A stretch of DNA of 64,000 nt from an uncultured Planctomycetota bacterium (GCA_963849325.1 CAWKHF010000001.1:384001-448000), one strand, 5' to 3'; numbered from the stretch's first letter, positions 22,418-33,337 are shown. Notes: a model not told the origin generated them from the sequence alone. Translations and numbers: made by a program.

Positions 22418-23383
22418 TTACACCTTGATGTTGACGATCTTGCGGATCACCAGCGCCCCGAGGATCTGGGCGATGATGGCGGCGACGCTCATCTTCTTGC
22501 CCAGCTCGGTCGTCCACAGCGACTCGACGTAGTCCGGCTTGGCGTTGAGCATGAAGCCGAACAGGGCGAACGGCAGGGCGATCAGCACGACGCCGCTGAG
22601 CCGGCCCTCGCCGGTCAGCGCCTTGACCTGGCCGAGGATGCGGAAACGCTCGCGGACGACGTAGCCGATCTTGTCGAGGATCTCGGCCAGGTCGCCGCCG
22701 GTCTGCCGCTGGATGGCGACCGAGGTGACGAAGAAGCGCAGGTCCAGGTTGGGCACGCGCTCGCACATGGCTCGCATGGCCTCCTCGATGGGGATGCCCA
22801 GGTTCTGCTCCTCGAAGACGCGGCCGAACTCGTCGGCGATGGGCGACGGCATCTCCTCGGCGACGACGTGCATGCCGGCGCCGAGGCTGTGCCCGGCCCG
22901 CAGGCGCCGGGCCACCAGCTCCAGGGCGTCGGACAGCTGGGCGGCGAACTTCTTCAGGCGAGCGCGCCGCTTGTTCCACAGCCAGACCCACGGCAGGGCG
23001 AACATCAGCAGGCCGTTGAGCGGCGCGAAGTAGACCGGCACCTTGACCAGCACGGCTGGCCGTCGCCCCGACCAGCGGCCAGCAGCAGGCCGATGCCGAA
23101 CAGCGTGCTCGGCTTGATGTGGCAGTCGGCCTGCTCGAACAGCCTCTGTCGGCGCTGAGGAACTTCGGCGTAATCGCCTCCAGGAAGTTCTTCTTGTCGC
23201 CCTCGAAGGCGCGTCTTGCGCAGGATGTCCTGCGCCTGATCGTGCCTCGCGGCTGCGCTTGCCGACCAGCATGTCCAGCCGCGTCGCCGTCTGCGGCGCG
23301 TTGTCGCGGAACACGAAGGCCAGCAGGCCGACCAGGGCCGCCACCGCCATGAAGACCATCGCCGAGATCAGCACGGGTGTCAT
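22418..23383 (-). CDS. tadB: Tad pilus inner-membrane protein TadB
   Basis: LRAGHSL...IQRQTGGDLAEIL...ALTGEGRLS. Confidence 0.92.
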   Translation of the reverse strand: MTPVLISAMVFMAVAALVGLLAFVFRDNAPQTATRLDMLVGKRSREARSGAGHPAQDAPSRATRRTSWRRLRRSSSAPTEAVRAGRLPHQAEHAVRHRPAAGRWSGRRPAVLVKVPVYFAPLNGLLMFALPWVWLWNKRRARLKKFAAQLSDALELVARRLRAGHSLGAGMHVVAEEMPSPIADEFGRVFEEQNLGIPIEEAMRAMCERVPNLDLRFFVTSVAIQRQTGGDLAEILDKIGYVVRERFRILGQVKALTGEGRLSGVVLIALPFALFGFMLNAKPDYVESLWTTELGKKMSVAAIIAQILGALVIRKIVNIKV

Positions 23384-23388
23384 GTTTC

Positions 23389-23508
23389 AGTTCTCGAGTT
23401 CTGAGTTCTGAGTTCTGAGTTTCGAGACCGGGTTCGGAGCTGAGGACTGCGCGATAAACACGCGGTTTGTCTCTTTTACTCAGAACTCAGAACTCAGAAC
23501 TCAGAACT
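23389..23508. repeat. Inverted tandem heptamer arrays (GTTCTGA)n / (TCAGAAC)n
   Basis: About four units on each side. Confidence 0.9.
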
Positions 23509-23515
23509 TTGGATT

Positions 23516-24894
23516 TCAGTCGCGCAACAGCACGCGCTCCTGGAACAGGTTGCGACGGCAGCTTGATGCCGGCCGCCTCCAGGCGGCTGACGAAGGACGG
23601 CCGCACGCCGGTCGCCTCGAACTGGCCGTAGGCGCGGCCGTTCTGGTCGATGCCCAGCTGCTTGTAGCGGAAGACCTCCTGCATGATGATCATGTCCTGC
23701 TCCATGTTCATCACCTCGGTGATCGACGTCACCTTGCGCGGGCCGCCCTGCAGGCGGTTGGCCTGGATGATGAGGTCGACCGCCGAGGAGATCTGCTGCC
23801 GCATGGCCTTCATGGGCAGCTCCATGCCGGCCATCATGATCATCGTCTCCAGCCGGGCCTGGGCGTCGCGCGGCGTGTTGGCGTGCAGCGTGGTCATCGA
23901 GCCGTCGTGGCCGGTGTTCATGGCCTGGAGCATGTCCAGCGTCTCGCCGCCGCGGCACTCGCCGATGATGATGCGCTCCGGCCGCATACGCAGGGCGTTG
24001 CGCACCAGGTCGCGCGTCGTCGACCGCGCCCTTGCCCTCGATGTTCGGCGGCCGCGTCTCCAGGCGGACGACGTGGTCCTGCTGCAGCTGCAGCTCGGCC
24101 GCGTCCTCGATGGTGACGATGCGCTCGTCGTGCGGGATGAAGCTCGACAGCGTGTTGAGCAGCGTCGTCTTGCCGCAGCCGGTGCCGCCGCTGATGACGA
24201 TGTTCAGCCGGGCCTTGATGCACGCCTCCATGAGCATCGCCATCTCCGGCGTGAACGCCTTGTAGTTGAGCAGGTCTTCCAGCTTCAGCGGGTTGGCGCC
24301 GAAGCGGCGAATGCTCATCGACGGGCCGTCCAGGGCCAGCGGCGGGATGATGGCGTTGACGCGGCAGCCGTCCGGCAGGCGGGCGTCCACCATCGGCGAC
24401 GTCTCATCGACGCGCCGGCCGACCTTGGACACGATGCGGTCGATGATCTGCAGCAGGTGGTCGTTGTCGCGGAACTTGACGTCGGTCTTCTCCATCTTGC
24501 CGCGGCGCTCGACGTAGATCTTGTGCGGCCCGTTGATGAGGATGTCGCTGATGGTCGGGTCCTTGAGCAGCACCTCCAGCGGGCCGAAGCCGAACGTCTC
24601 GTCGAGCACCTCGTCGATGAGGCGTTCGCGCTCCATGCGGTTGAGCAGCGGGTTTTCGGTGTCGCACAGGCGCTCGACGACCAGGCGGATCTCGCGGCGG
24701 AGCGTGTCGCCTTCCAGGTCGCTGACGCGCGACAGGTCGAGCTTATCGACCAGCTTGCCGTGGATGAGGCGCTTGAGCTCCTCGAAGCTCTTGGTGCCCT
24801 GGCGGTCGCCGCCCATGCCGGACATCGAGCCGCCCAGCCGGCTGACGGTGCCGTTGTTGCTCAGCCCGCTCAGGCCGCGTTGCAAACGGGACAT
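23516..24894 (-). CDS. cpaF: Tad pilus ATPase CpaF/TadA (frameshifted)
   Basis: GGTGCGKTT Walker [39 protein letters not shown]. Confidence 0.96.
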
Positions 24895-24924
24895 GATGCA
24901 TACTCTCCGCTGTCATTCAACTAT

Positions 24925-24986
24925 GGCGAGCGGGGGGCGTCAGCCCCCTGTTGCTTCGGAACAGGGGGCTGACGCCCCCGCTCGCC
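24925..24986. repeat. REP-like palindrome, GGCGAGCGGGGGGCGTCAGCCCCCTG family
   Basis: Near-identical to 26239-26301; related to 35624-35689, 39364-39437 and 668-750. Confidence 0.9.
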
Positions 24987-25000
24987 GGGAGTTTTGCCTC

Positions 25001-26203
25001 TCAGCGTCGCGAGAACAAGGCCCATCGACTGGCCTTGTCCTTGACGGCCGGTTGCAGCTGTTTGCCGGACAGGGCCTGGGCCAGGCCGGCGATAGCTCTG
25101 CTGCACCTTGCTCTTGGGCGCGTGCAGCAACAGCGGCACGCCGTGGTTGCGCGACTCGATCATCAGCTTGGCGTCGTTGGGCACCTGCCAGTAGATCGGC
25201 TTGCCGATGGTCTCCTCGGCCTTCTTCAGGGTGATGTCGTTGTCGCTGCCGACGCGGTTGAGGACGATCTTGCACCTTGTCGGCCAGGCTCTCGTCGGCC
25301 CCCAGGGTCAGCAACATGCGGACCACGTTGCGCAGGCTGGACAGCTCGAGCTGGGCGACCAGCAGGATCACGTCGGCCATGCGCAGGGCCGTCACGTCGG
25401 TCGGCGAGAAGCTCTTGCTCAGGTCGAGGACCAGGTGCGTATAGCTGGCCCGCAACAGGCCGATGACGCGCTGCAGGTGGTCCTCGCGGATCAGGCTGAC
25501 GTCTTCCATCTGCACCGGGTGCGGCAACAGCGACAGGCCGGAGGCGTGCTTGCTCAGCGAGCGCCGCAGGAAGTGCATGTCGAGGCGCTCGATGTTCAGG
25601 GCCACGTCGGCCAGGGTGTAGTCGGCCATCAGGTCGAGGGCGACGTCGGCGTCGCCCAGGGCCAGGTCGAGGTCGATGAGGGCGACGCTGTGCTCGGGTC
25701 CTGGGCCAGGGTGGCGCCGAGGTTGACGGCGAGGCTGGTGCAGCCGACGCCGCCGCGCGAGCCGAGGATGGCGACGACTTGCGACTCGGCCTCGAACCGG
25801 CGATTCGCTGCTGCCGCCTTCGCCGTTAGGCCGGCCGCGCTGCAGACGCTGCAGCGCCTTGAGCAAGTCTTCGAGCACGACCGGCACGGTCAGGAATTCG
25901 CGGGCGCCGTTGCGCAGCGCCTGCAAGATGGCCTGGCCGTCGCCGCGGGCGCTGATGGCCAGGATCGGCACTGCGGCGCCTCCGGCGTCAGCTGGGCGAT
26001 CAGGCAGCGCCTTGATCTGGTCGGAGTCCAGCGAGACGACGACCACGTCGGGGTTGGACTGCGCGATCACGTCGAGGAAGAACTCGTAGCGCGAGCACTC
26101 CGCCTCCAGCCAGACCGACTCCATGCCCAGCAGGACATTGCGCAGCTCCTCGCGGCGTGGAGTCGGAGGGATCGACGATCGCGATACGTTGCACGTCCCT
26201 CAT
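25001..26203 (-). CDS. cpaE: Tad pilus localisation protein CpaE/TadZ (receiver plus MinD-like ATPase; frameshifted)
   Basis: Receiver-like N-terminus (ALRNGAREFL), SRGGVGCTS deviant Walker A, IDLDLALGD, LSSLRN. Confidence 0.88.
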
Positions 26204-26238
26204 GAGCACCACCGATTCTTGGTAACTATCTTCCATCT

Positions 26239-26301
26239 GGCGAGCGGGGGGCGTCAGCCCCCTGTTCCGAAGTAACAGGGGGCTGACGCCCCCCGCTCGC
26301 C
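26239..26301. repeat. REP-like palindrome, GGCGAGCGGGGGGCGTCAGCCCCCTG family
   Basis: Perfect arms with a short loop. Confidence 0.9.
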
Positions 26302-26307
26302 GGGTTT

Positions 26308-28061
26308 TCACCGCGTTCCCGCCGTGGCGGACAGATCGTTCGTCGGAACCCAGCCGGATTCTTCTCGACCCAGCGCGGCCGGCCGCACCTGATTGTCGGT
26401 CCTGGTCTCGGCCGCCGCCGTCGCCGCCGGGGCCGGGGTAGCTGGCGCCGAGGTCGTCGGCGTCGGCGTCGAGGTCGCCGGCAGGGGCGCTGGGACCGAC
26501 ATCAAGCTCGCCGGCGGCTGCATCGTCGCGGCGGGTTCCGTCGGGCCGAAGCCGACCGGCAGCTCGCCGCTGGGGACACCACAGCCGCCGACGCCACAGT
26601 TGCCTCGGCCGGCACACGGGAACACCGCGGCCGACGGACTGCTCTTGTAGGGCGGCACATAGTGAAGTTTCTGCCATGCCTGGCGCGGTCCCCGCGGTGC
26701 CTCGATGATTCCTTCCAAGAATAGCTCAAAATCATCGGGCCGGCGCGTTTCCTCGCCCGGCAGCATTTTCGGCCGTTGATCGCACGATTCGGCATCGACC
26801 AGCCAGGGCGTGACGATGACCAGCACTTCCTGCTCGGTATCCTGGTACTGTGTGCTGCGGAAGAACGTGCCCAGGTAGGGCAGGTCGCCCAGGCACGGCA
26901 CCTTACTGGTGGTGGCCTGCGTCTCGTGCTGGATCAGGCCGCCGAGGACGAAGGTCTGGCCGGCCTCCAGCTCGACCGTCGTGTTGACGTAGGTGATCGT
27001 GCGGCCGGGGACGGACGAGCCGCCGACGTTGGCCAGGCCGGACGCCTGGTCCAGGTTGCTGACTTGCGGCGCAACTTCCAGGTGGATACGGCCGTTACCC
27101 AGGACGATGGGGATGAAGCTCAACATGGTGCCGAACGGCAAGAACTGCACGCCGGTGCCGCCGAAGCTGCCGGTCTGCGGGACGGCCTGCTGGCCGCCGA
27201 CGTTGAAGTAGGCGGGCCGGCCGCTCAGCGTCACCAGGCGCGGCTCGGCCAACAGCTTCGACATGCCGTTTTGCCGTAACGCCTCCAGGAAGTTCTGGAA
27301 GCCCCAGGCGTTGTGGACGATGCCCAGCAGCAGGTTGGTGGCCGAGTTGGGAGCGCCTGGATGTTGCCCAGCGAGGTGAACGTACCGCCCGTGCCGCCAA
27401 CCGCGCCCGGGTTGGTGGCCGCCCCACCGACGGTGCTGCCGGCGGCGAAGCCGCTGCCGCTGCCCAAAATGTTGAAGGTCAGGTTGCGCAGGTCGGAACG
27501 CGACACCTGGACGATGATGACGTCCAGCTGCACCTGCTGCACGCCGCCGACGCGCATGCCGTCGATGTACTTGAAGCCGACCGACTGCACCAGGCCGCGG
27601 ATGATGGCCACGTCCTCGGCTCGCGGGACCGTGCCGGTCAAGATGACCGTATTGTTCGAGGTCGGAATGGCCATGATGTGGGCCGTCGGCACGGCACGCT
27701 GCAGCTGCGTGCGCAAGTATTCGATGTCCGCCTGCACGATCACCTCGTAGGTCTCCTTGCTGCCGTCGTCGCCCTCCAGCTCGAGGCGCGTGACGTCCGG
27801 CTGCTGGCCGATGACCATAATCGTCGTCGGGTCGCCCACGATGGTACGGATGTTGATGGCGTTTTCTTTGGGATTGGTGACGGTACGAATCTTCTGCTTG
27901 TGGGACATCTGCAGCTTGACCGTGCCGTTGATGGGGACGATCAAGGCGCTGGGCTTGGGCGAAGGCTCCTGCGCGGCGGCGGGTCGGGGCCCGCCTGGGA
28001 CAATCAGGGCGACAATCATGCCCGCCAACAGGAGCGGGGGCCTGCCGATAGAGCGGTGCAT
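26308..28061 (-). CDS. cpaC: Tad pilus secretin CpaC/RcpA (indel near 27355)
   Basis: Signal peptide, BON-like region, LAEPRLVTLSGRPAYF, TTVELEAGQTFVLGGL, KVPCLGDLPYLG. Confidence 0.92.
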
Positions 28062-28120
28062 CCATTCACCTCGTCAGTAAGAGCGGGCGGGAGTCAGCCA
28101 CCCGTCAGGGTCCGTACTGT

Positions 28121-28185
28121 TCGTTTAGCCGCGACGCGCAGCGGAGCGCGGCCGCCGCGCTCCGCTGCGCGTCGCGGCTAAACGA
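28121..28185. repeat. Perfect REP-like palindrome (TTTAGCCGCGA family)
   Basis: TCGTTTAGCCGCGACGCGCAGCGGAGCGCGG, short loop, exact reverse complement. Confidence 0.9.
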
Positions 28186-28210
28186 GGGTTTCGACAGCGC
28201 AAACTGCCTA

Positions 28211-29305
28211 TCATTTGCCGTGCCCGCCGCGGGCGCCATTTCGAGCGGGGCCGGCAGGGGGAGCGATCGGGTCGTCGGGCGAAAGGACCGGCCCGGCGAG
28301 CCGGCGCGGCGGGGCATCTTCCCCGTTGCGGTCCAGGCCGCCGTTGGTCCACACCTTCTCCGTGGGATCCAACGTGAAAACGGCCTTCTGCACGTATTCG
28401 CCGTTGATGACGGTCATGGTGTGCGTCTTGGGCGGCGCCGGCGCTTCCGGCTCCACCTCGGGCGTCTTCTGCACCACCGGCGTCGGAGCGGTCTGCGGCG
28501 GGGGCGGCGGTGGGGCCGGCGGCAGCGGCGGCAGCGGCGGCACCGGCGGAGCGCTCGCCGTCTGCTGCCCATCATCATCGTCCTTGTTGCGGTTCTCGTG
28601 CATCGGCCGGCCGAGGTCGTCCCACTTCGAGCCGGGCAGGCGGACGATGCGCGTATCGTCGGGCGTCCGCAGCGTCAGCCGCAGCTCGCCCATCGACGCC
28701 GCCAGCGACAACCGCTGCGCCTCCTCCGGCGTGGCGGCCAGCGTCACGGTGCTGCCGAGCATGGACGTCGTTTGCGTATCGCGGGTCGAGTTGGTGTCCA
28801 CGGCCAGCACCAGCATGTTTTGCATGATGATCTTGGCCACCGACTCGTTGGCCCCGCCGCGCAGCGTGGACACCACGTCCACGCGCGAACCGGGCAGGAT
28901 GAATCCGCCGGCCAACGCCTCGGCGTTGACCTTCAGGGCGATGGCCCGCAGTCCCGAGGGCAGCTTGGCCAGCAGACCGACCTGTTCGGCGTTGACCAGC
29001 TTATCCGCCAGCACGTACTCGCCCTCGGTCAGCGCCTGGCTCAGCCGCTGGTTCTCCACTTCCTTCAGCTCCTTCAGCGCCTTCTTGGGCACCGCGCTCT
29101 CGGCGACGTCCTTTTCCTCGAAGTATTTCGCCGGGTCTTTGATCAGCACCCAGGCCGGCACTTTGCCCTTGGCCACCAGGATCTTGATCTTCGGCTCCTC
29201 GACCGTCGTGGTCGAGCGATCGGCCAGCAGGCGGCTGGTCATGTAGCTGGCCGCCAGGCCGCAGCCGACGGCCACGACCATCAGCATCATCGTCTTCGGT
29301 TTCAT
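28211..29305 (-). CDS. cpaB: Flp pilus assembly protein CpaB/RcpC
   Basis: N-terminal transmembrane helix, SAF region, GGFILPGSRVDV, QNMLVLAVD, GELRLTLR; Pro-rich tail. Confidence 0.92.
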   Translation of the reverse strand: MKPKTMMLMVVAVGCGLAASYMTSRLLADRSTTTVEEPKIKILVAKGKVPAWVLIKDPAKYFEEKDVAESAVPKKALKELKEVENQRLSQALTEGEYVLADKLVNAEQVGLLAKLPSGLRAIALKVNAEALAGGFILPGSRVDVVSTLRGGANESVAKIIMQNMLVLAVDTNSTRDTQTTSMLGSTVTLAATPEEAQRLSLAASMGELRLTLRTPDDTRIVRLPGSKWDDLGRPMHENRNKDDDDGQQTASAPPVPPLPPLPPAPPPPPPQTAPTPVVQKTPEVEPEAPAPPKTHTMTVINGEYVQKAVFTLDPTEKVWTNGGLDRNGEDAPPRRLAGPVLSPDDPIAPPAGPARNGARGGHGK

Positions 29306-29325
29306 GGTGCATACCTCAAGGTCAG

Positions 29326-29409
29326 AGTTCCAAGTTCGGAGTTCTGAATTCTGAGTGAAAGCAGGGCAGACCTTCTTCACTCCGAACTCAGAACTCCGAA
29401 CTCCGAACT
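29326..29409. repeat. Degenerate inverted heptamer arrays (GTTCKGA family)
   Basis: AGTTCCAAGTTCGGAGTTCTGAATTCTGAGTGAA...TTCACTCCGAACTCAGAACTCCGAACTCCGAACT. Confidence 0.85.
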
Positions 29410-29516
29410 ACCGTTTCATTCGACCGCCCGTGACGCGGAACTTCAACTTTATCGCTTGTAGCAAGCCTTCCGAGTTTGCCCAGGGAATCGGTTTGCCCGA
29501 CTCCCGCAGTTTCACC

Positions 29517-30120
29517 CTAGGCACCGTGCAGGTAAATCAGGTAACTGACGAAGCCCAGACACAAGCGGGATCCCGTAGGGCAGCAAGTGCATGCGCGGCT
29601 TGCGCTGGGCGGCCTTGTCCGCCGCCTTGCCCACACCCGAGCCGAGCAGATCGCGGAGGATCTCCGCCGAGTTGGCCATGTTGGTCTTCAGCTGACCGCG
29701 AAGGGCGATCATGCCCAGGGCCAGGACGCCGCCGATGAGGGCCGCCAGACAGAAGGCGGAAACCAGGATCCATCCGGCGCCGGGATGGATCTCGGTGGCC
29801 CGCATGCCATAGAAGGAGCCGACCCAGGCGCCGAAGCCCATCTGCATCTTGACGTCGCCGGCGCCCATGCCGCCGATGGCGTACAGCGGAAACAGCAACA
29901 GAAAGCCCAGGCCGGTGGCGAGCAGACTGGCGCCGAAGCCGCCGGAGCCGGTGGACTCCAGCCAGCCGCAGCTGTGCAGCGCTCCCAAGGCCCAGCCGCT
30001 CAGGATCAGCGGAAACGTCAGCCAGTTGGGCACCTTCAGTTTCCAGCCGTCGATGACGGCCGCCACGATCATCGCCGCGCACACGAACGCCAGCGGCCAA
30101 TTGTTGAGAATGAAGTGCAT
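29517..30120 (-). CDS. cpaA: A24 prepilin peptidase CpaA/TadV
   Basis: AAVIDGWKLKVPNWLT and GMGAGDVK aspartate motifs, LPYGIP; indel near the 3' end. Confidence 0.92.
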
Positions 30121-30254
30121 GAGACGGCATCCTCTCAGACGAGTGTCACCCGATCGTCAGGGAACGCGGCAAGCCGCGGCACCGTCGGGCGCCGCGGCTC
30201 ACCGTTCGCCGCCGGTCGAACCCGGCCCGGCGTTCCACTCCAGCCCTCGACCGT

Positions 30255-30440
30255 TCAGCTGCTGGTCTTGCCGACCTGCGTGCTGACGTAGCTGAAGGTG
30301 TTGTTGGCGTTGCTGCCCAGCGTGGTGATGGCGGTGATGCACACCACGATAATCAGGGCCAGCATGACGGCGTACTCGACCGCGGTCGGGCCGTCTTCGT
30401 TCTTGACAAAGTTCACCAGGCCGTTGGCAAACTTACGCAC
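30255..30440 (-). CDS. flp: Flp type IVb pilin (copy 1)
   Basis: EDG/PTAVEYAVMLALII Flp motif; GTG start. Confidence 0.96.
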   Translation of the reverse strand: MRKFANGLVNFVKNEDGPTAVEYAVMLALIIVVCITAITTLGSNANNTFSYVSTQVGKTSS

Positions 30441-30497
30441 GAGTCTCTCCTTTGTGGATGAAAGCTAAACCCCGTAGGTCCCGTCCCCCCAAAACGC

Positions 30498-30683
30498 TCA
30501 GCTGCTGGTCTTGCCGACCTGCGTGCTGACATAGCTGAAAGTGTTGTTGGCGTTGCTGCCCAGCGTGGTGATGGCGGTGATGCACACCACGATAATCAGG
30601 GCCAGCATGACGGCGTACTCGACCGCGGTCGGGCCGTCTTCGTTCTTGACAAAGTTCATCAGGCCGTTGGCAAACTTACGCAT
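30498..30683 (-). CDS. flp: Flp type IVb pilin (copy 2)
   Basis: Mature peptide identical to copy 1. Confidence 0.96.
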   Translation of the reverse strand: MRKFANGLMNFVKNEDGPTAVEYAVMLALIIVVCITAITTLGSNANNTFSYVSTQVGKTSS

Positions 30684-30741
30684 GTGTCTCCCCTTTGGTG
30701 GATGAAAGTTAAACTTGGGCGAAGCCCGTCCCCCGAAACGC

Positions 30742-30927
30742 TCAGCTGCTGGTCGCGCCGACCTGCGTGCTGACATAGCTGAAAGTGTTGTTGGCGTTGC
30801 TGCCCAGCGTGGTGATGGCGGTGATGCACACCACGATAATCAGGGCCAGCATGACGGCATACTCGACCGCCGTCGGGCCGTCCTCGTTCTGCAAGAAACT
30901 CACCAGACCGTTCGCAAACTTACGCAT
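30742..30927 (-). CDS. flp: Flp type IVb pilin (copy 3)
   Basis: Same motif; ends GATSS. Confidence 0.96.
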   Translation of the reverse strand: MRKFANGLVSFLQNEDGPTAVEYAVMLALIIVVCITAITTLGSNANNTFSYVSTQVGATSS

Positions 30928-31024
30928 GGGTCTCGACTTCCTCACAAGAAACCACAGACGAATTGAACGGACGGGAGACCGGATACCGCATCCGGTTGAG
31001 TGCATCCTTCCCCGAATGGGTTGC

Positions 31025-31216
31025 TCAGGAACTCTTGGCGCCGGCAGCGGCGTTGAGGGCGACGTTGCTGAACGTGCCGTTGGCGTTGCTGCCCAGCGTG
31101 GTGATGGCCGTGATGCATACCACGATGATCAGGGCCAGCATGACGGCGTACTCGACCGCCGTCGGGCCGTCCTCGTCGCGCAGGAATTGTTTCGTCCTGG
31201 CGATCCACTTGTTCAT
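31025..31216 (-). CDS. flp: Flp type IVb pilin (copy 4, divergent C-terminus)
   Basis: EDGPTAVEY; ends GTFSNVALNAAAGAKSS. Confidence 0.95.
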   Translation of the reverse strand: MNKWIARTKQFLRDEDGPTAVEYAVMLALIIVVCITAITTLGSNANGTFSNVALNAAAGAKSS

Positions 31217-31377
31217 AAACCTGTCCCCTTTCCCTGTTCGCGGAACACGGAGCCGGCCCGTGGCCCGGACGTGAGCCGCCGGCCTCTTCGTCTTCTCGCG
31301 CATGAGGAGGATCGAGCACCGAGAAATCGGCGGAACGAATGTCTGGGGCCGTCCGTTCCGGATTGGTGTGCGACGTC

Positions 31378-31464
31378 CTCATCCCTTCGGGAGCCTGGCG
31401 ACCCGCGAGGGGCCCATGGCTTTGCGTCCCCGCCTCGCGACGGGTTTGCCGGTATCGAGGATGA
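31378..31464 (-). ncRNA. Cyclic di-GMP-I (GEMM) riboswitch
   Basis: Minus strand TCATCCTCGATACC-GGCAAAC-CCGTC-GCGA-GGCGG-GGACGCAAAGC-CATGGGCCCCTCGCGGGTCGCCAGGCTCCCGAAGGGATGA: GGCAAAC and GACGCAAAGC cores, GNRA tetraloop, P1 TCATCC/GGATGA; about 160 nt upstream of the first flp. Confidence 0.9.
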
Positions 31465-31655
31465 AGAGGCGATTACCGAGGATTGTCCACCGCGGCTGGG
31501 ATCGTCGCCGACCCTCGCCGCGGGCATCCGCCGAACCGCTCGTGACAAAAAAGTAGATCGCACCAGGGCCATAGTCAAATGGTTGTGCCAAAATTCTCGA
31601 TTTTTCCGCAGAATTCTTGCCTCGGCAACGGCCGGCCCGCCGCGCCCTCAATCCG

Positions 31656-31765
31656 TCCCCCTCTCCCCCGTACTCGGGAGAGAGGGGTTGGGGGTGAGGG
31701 GGTGCCGGGCGATGACTCTCCCCCTCACCCCCAACCCCTCTCTCCCGAGTACGGGGGAGAGGGGA
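31656..31765. repeat. REP-like double palindrome (CCCCTCTCCC...GGGAGAGGGG family)
   Basis: Two inverted units, each a hairpin; same family as 42681-42780. Confidence 0.9.
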
Positions 31766-31842
31766 GACTCGCGCGCCCATCCACGGCCGTGAGTTATGCT
31801 CCCGACAGGGAGCGTCCGTGTCCGCCGACCCTGGAGTGCAAT

Positions 31843-33317
31843 ATGTCCCTGGTGTATCCGCAAACGATGTCGAAGCCGCGGCGGCGCGATCGCCTTTTCG
31901 CCGTCCTGCTGGTGAGCATCACGGCGCTGGCCGTGCTGCTGCGCCTGGGCGCCCTGCGCTCGGAGTTCTGGTTCGACGAGATCTGGTCGTGGGAGTTCGC
32001 TCGCGCCGCCGCGTCGCCGTGGCAGGTCTTCGCCGGCGAACACCATCACCACGACAACAACCACAAGCTGAACACGCTGTTCTTGTCACTCTACCCCGTG
32101 GGCGTGGGCTGGTGGTGCTACCGTCTGCACTCGTTCGCGGCGGGCCTGGTCGCCGTGGTCCTCGCCATGCGGACGGCGCGGCGGCGCGGCCGCGCCGAGG
32201 CCGTGTTCGCCGGCCTGCTCTTCGCCACCAATTACTGGCTGATGCGTCTGTTCCACCGAGGCGCGCGGCTACGCCCTCGCCGTCTGCTTCGCGCTGCTGG
32301 CCCTGGATGCGCTGCAAGACTATTTCGCCAGTGGCCGCCGCCGGGCTCCTGCTGTTTTGGGCCAGTGTGATTCTCGGCTTCTCCGCGCACCTGACTTTTC
32401 TTCACGCCTACCTGGCGCTGGCCCTGTGGTCGGTGTACCATCTCGCCCGCGGCCGGGCGTCGCCGAGCGACGAGGTCCGGCAGCTGCTGGCCTGCCACGC
32501 CGTCCCCGTCCTGTTCTTCGTCGCGCTGTACCTGGTGGACATCCGCCGCATGGACCTGGGCGGGGCGCCGCCCGCGCCGGTATACGTGGTTGTCGGCCGA
32601 CTGGTCAGCCTCGGGCTGGGCGGCTCGGACTCGGCGGCGTGGTCCCTTCCGCTGCTCGCGTTCGCCGTCGTCGTCCTCGGTCTCGGCCTGCGTCTGCTGG
32701 CGCGCCAGGACCGGCACTCGTGGCTGTTCTTCGCCGTCGCCGTGGTCGGCTCGCCCGCTCTCTTCCTGCTCGGCAAGCCGGTTTATCTCTTCGAGCGCTA
32801 TTTCTTGATCTCGTTTGTATTTTTTTTGCTGCTGCTCAGCTACGTCCTCGGCGCGTGGTGGCGACGTTCGCGCGGCGGCGCTTTGCTGGCCGCCCTGGCG
32901 GCGCTCGGCATGGTCATCGGAAGCATCGTTCAGGTCGTGGACTTCGAGCGCAGCGGCCGTGGTCACTTTCTCGACGCGCTGGCCTACGTCGAGCGCGAGT
33001 CACCGGCAGGGAAGGTCGATGTGTCGGGCGATTACGACTTCCGCGTCCACAAGTTTTATGATTTCTACGTCCCTTACGTGGACGGCGGCGGCCGGCTCGT
33101 CTACCGCGAACAGAACGCCCTGCCCGCGCACGGGGCGGACTGGCTGCTCGCGCATCGGTTGGACACCCGCCACCCACCGGAGCCGCGCCTGTACGACGCG
33201 GACGGCAACACCTACCAGCGCGTCAAAGACTTCCCGGTCACGGCGTTCGGAGGCTGGAGTTGGTACGTCTATCGGAATGTGCGCATCCGAGCCGCGAGCG
33301 CGACAGCCCCGCGCTGA
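31843..33317 (+). CDS. GT-C fold (family 39/PMT-like) membrane glycosyltransferase (frameshifted)
   Basis: First transmembrane helix followed by FWFDE, an EARGY-like motif across an indel, FERYF, many transmembrane helices. Confidence 0.7.
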
Positions 33318-33332
33318 CGCTCGCGGCTCGGA
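33286..33332. repeat. Palindrome between convergent genes (terminator or REP-like)
   Basis: TCCGAGCCGCGAGCG...CGCTCGCGGCTCGGA. Confidence 0.7.
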
Positions 33333-33337
33333 CGGCC

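Noticed and set aside
20375-23508. Heptamer arrays as mini-CRISPRs or coding repeats
   Set aside because: Units are directly tandem with no spacers, inverted about a core, and intergenic
29470-29503. Second c-di-GMP riboswitch upstream of cpaB (two GGGCAAAC motifs on the minus strand)
   Set aside because: No GNRA-capped P2 and no GACGCAAAGC core; at most a direct-repeat protein-binding site
31574-31591. Sigma-54 promoter for the flp operon (TGGCACAACCATTTGA on the minus strand)
   Set aside because: Good -24 box but no GC at the required -12 spacing
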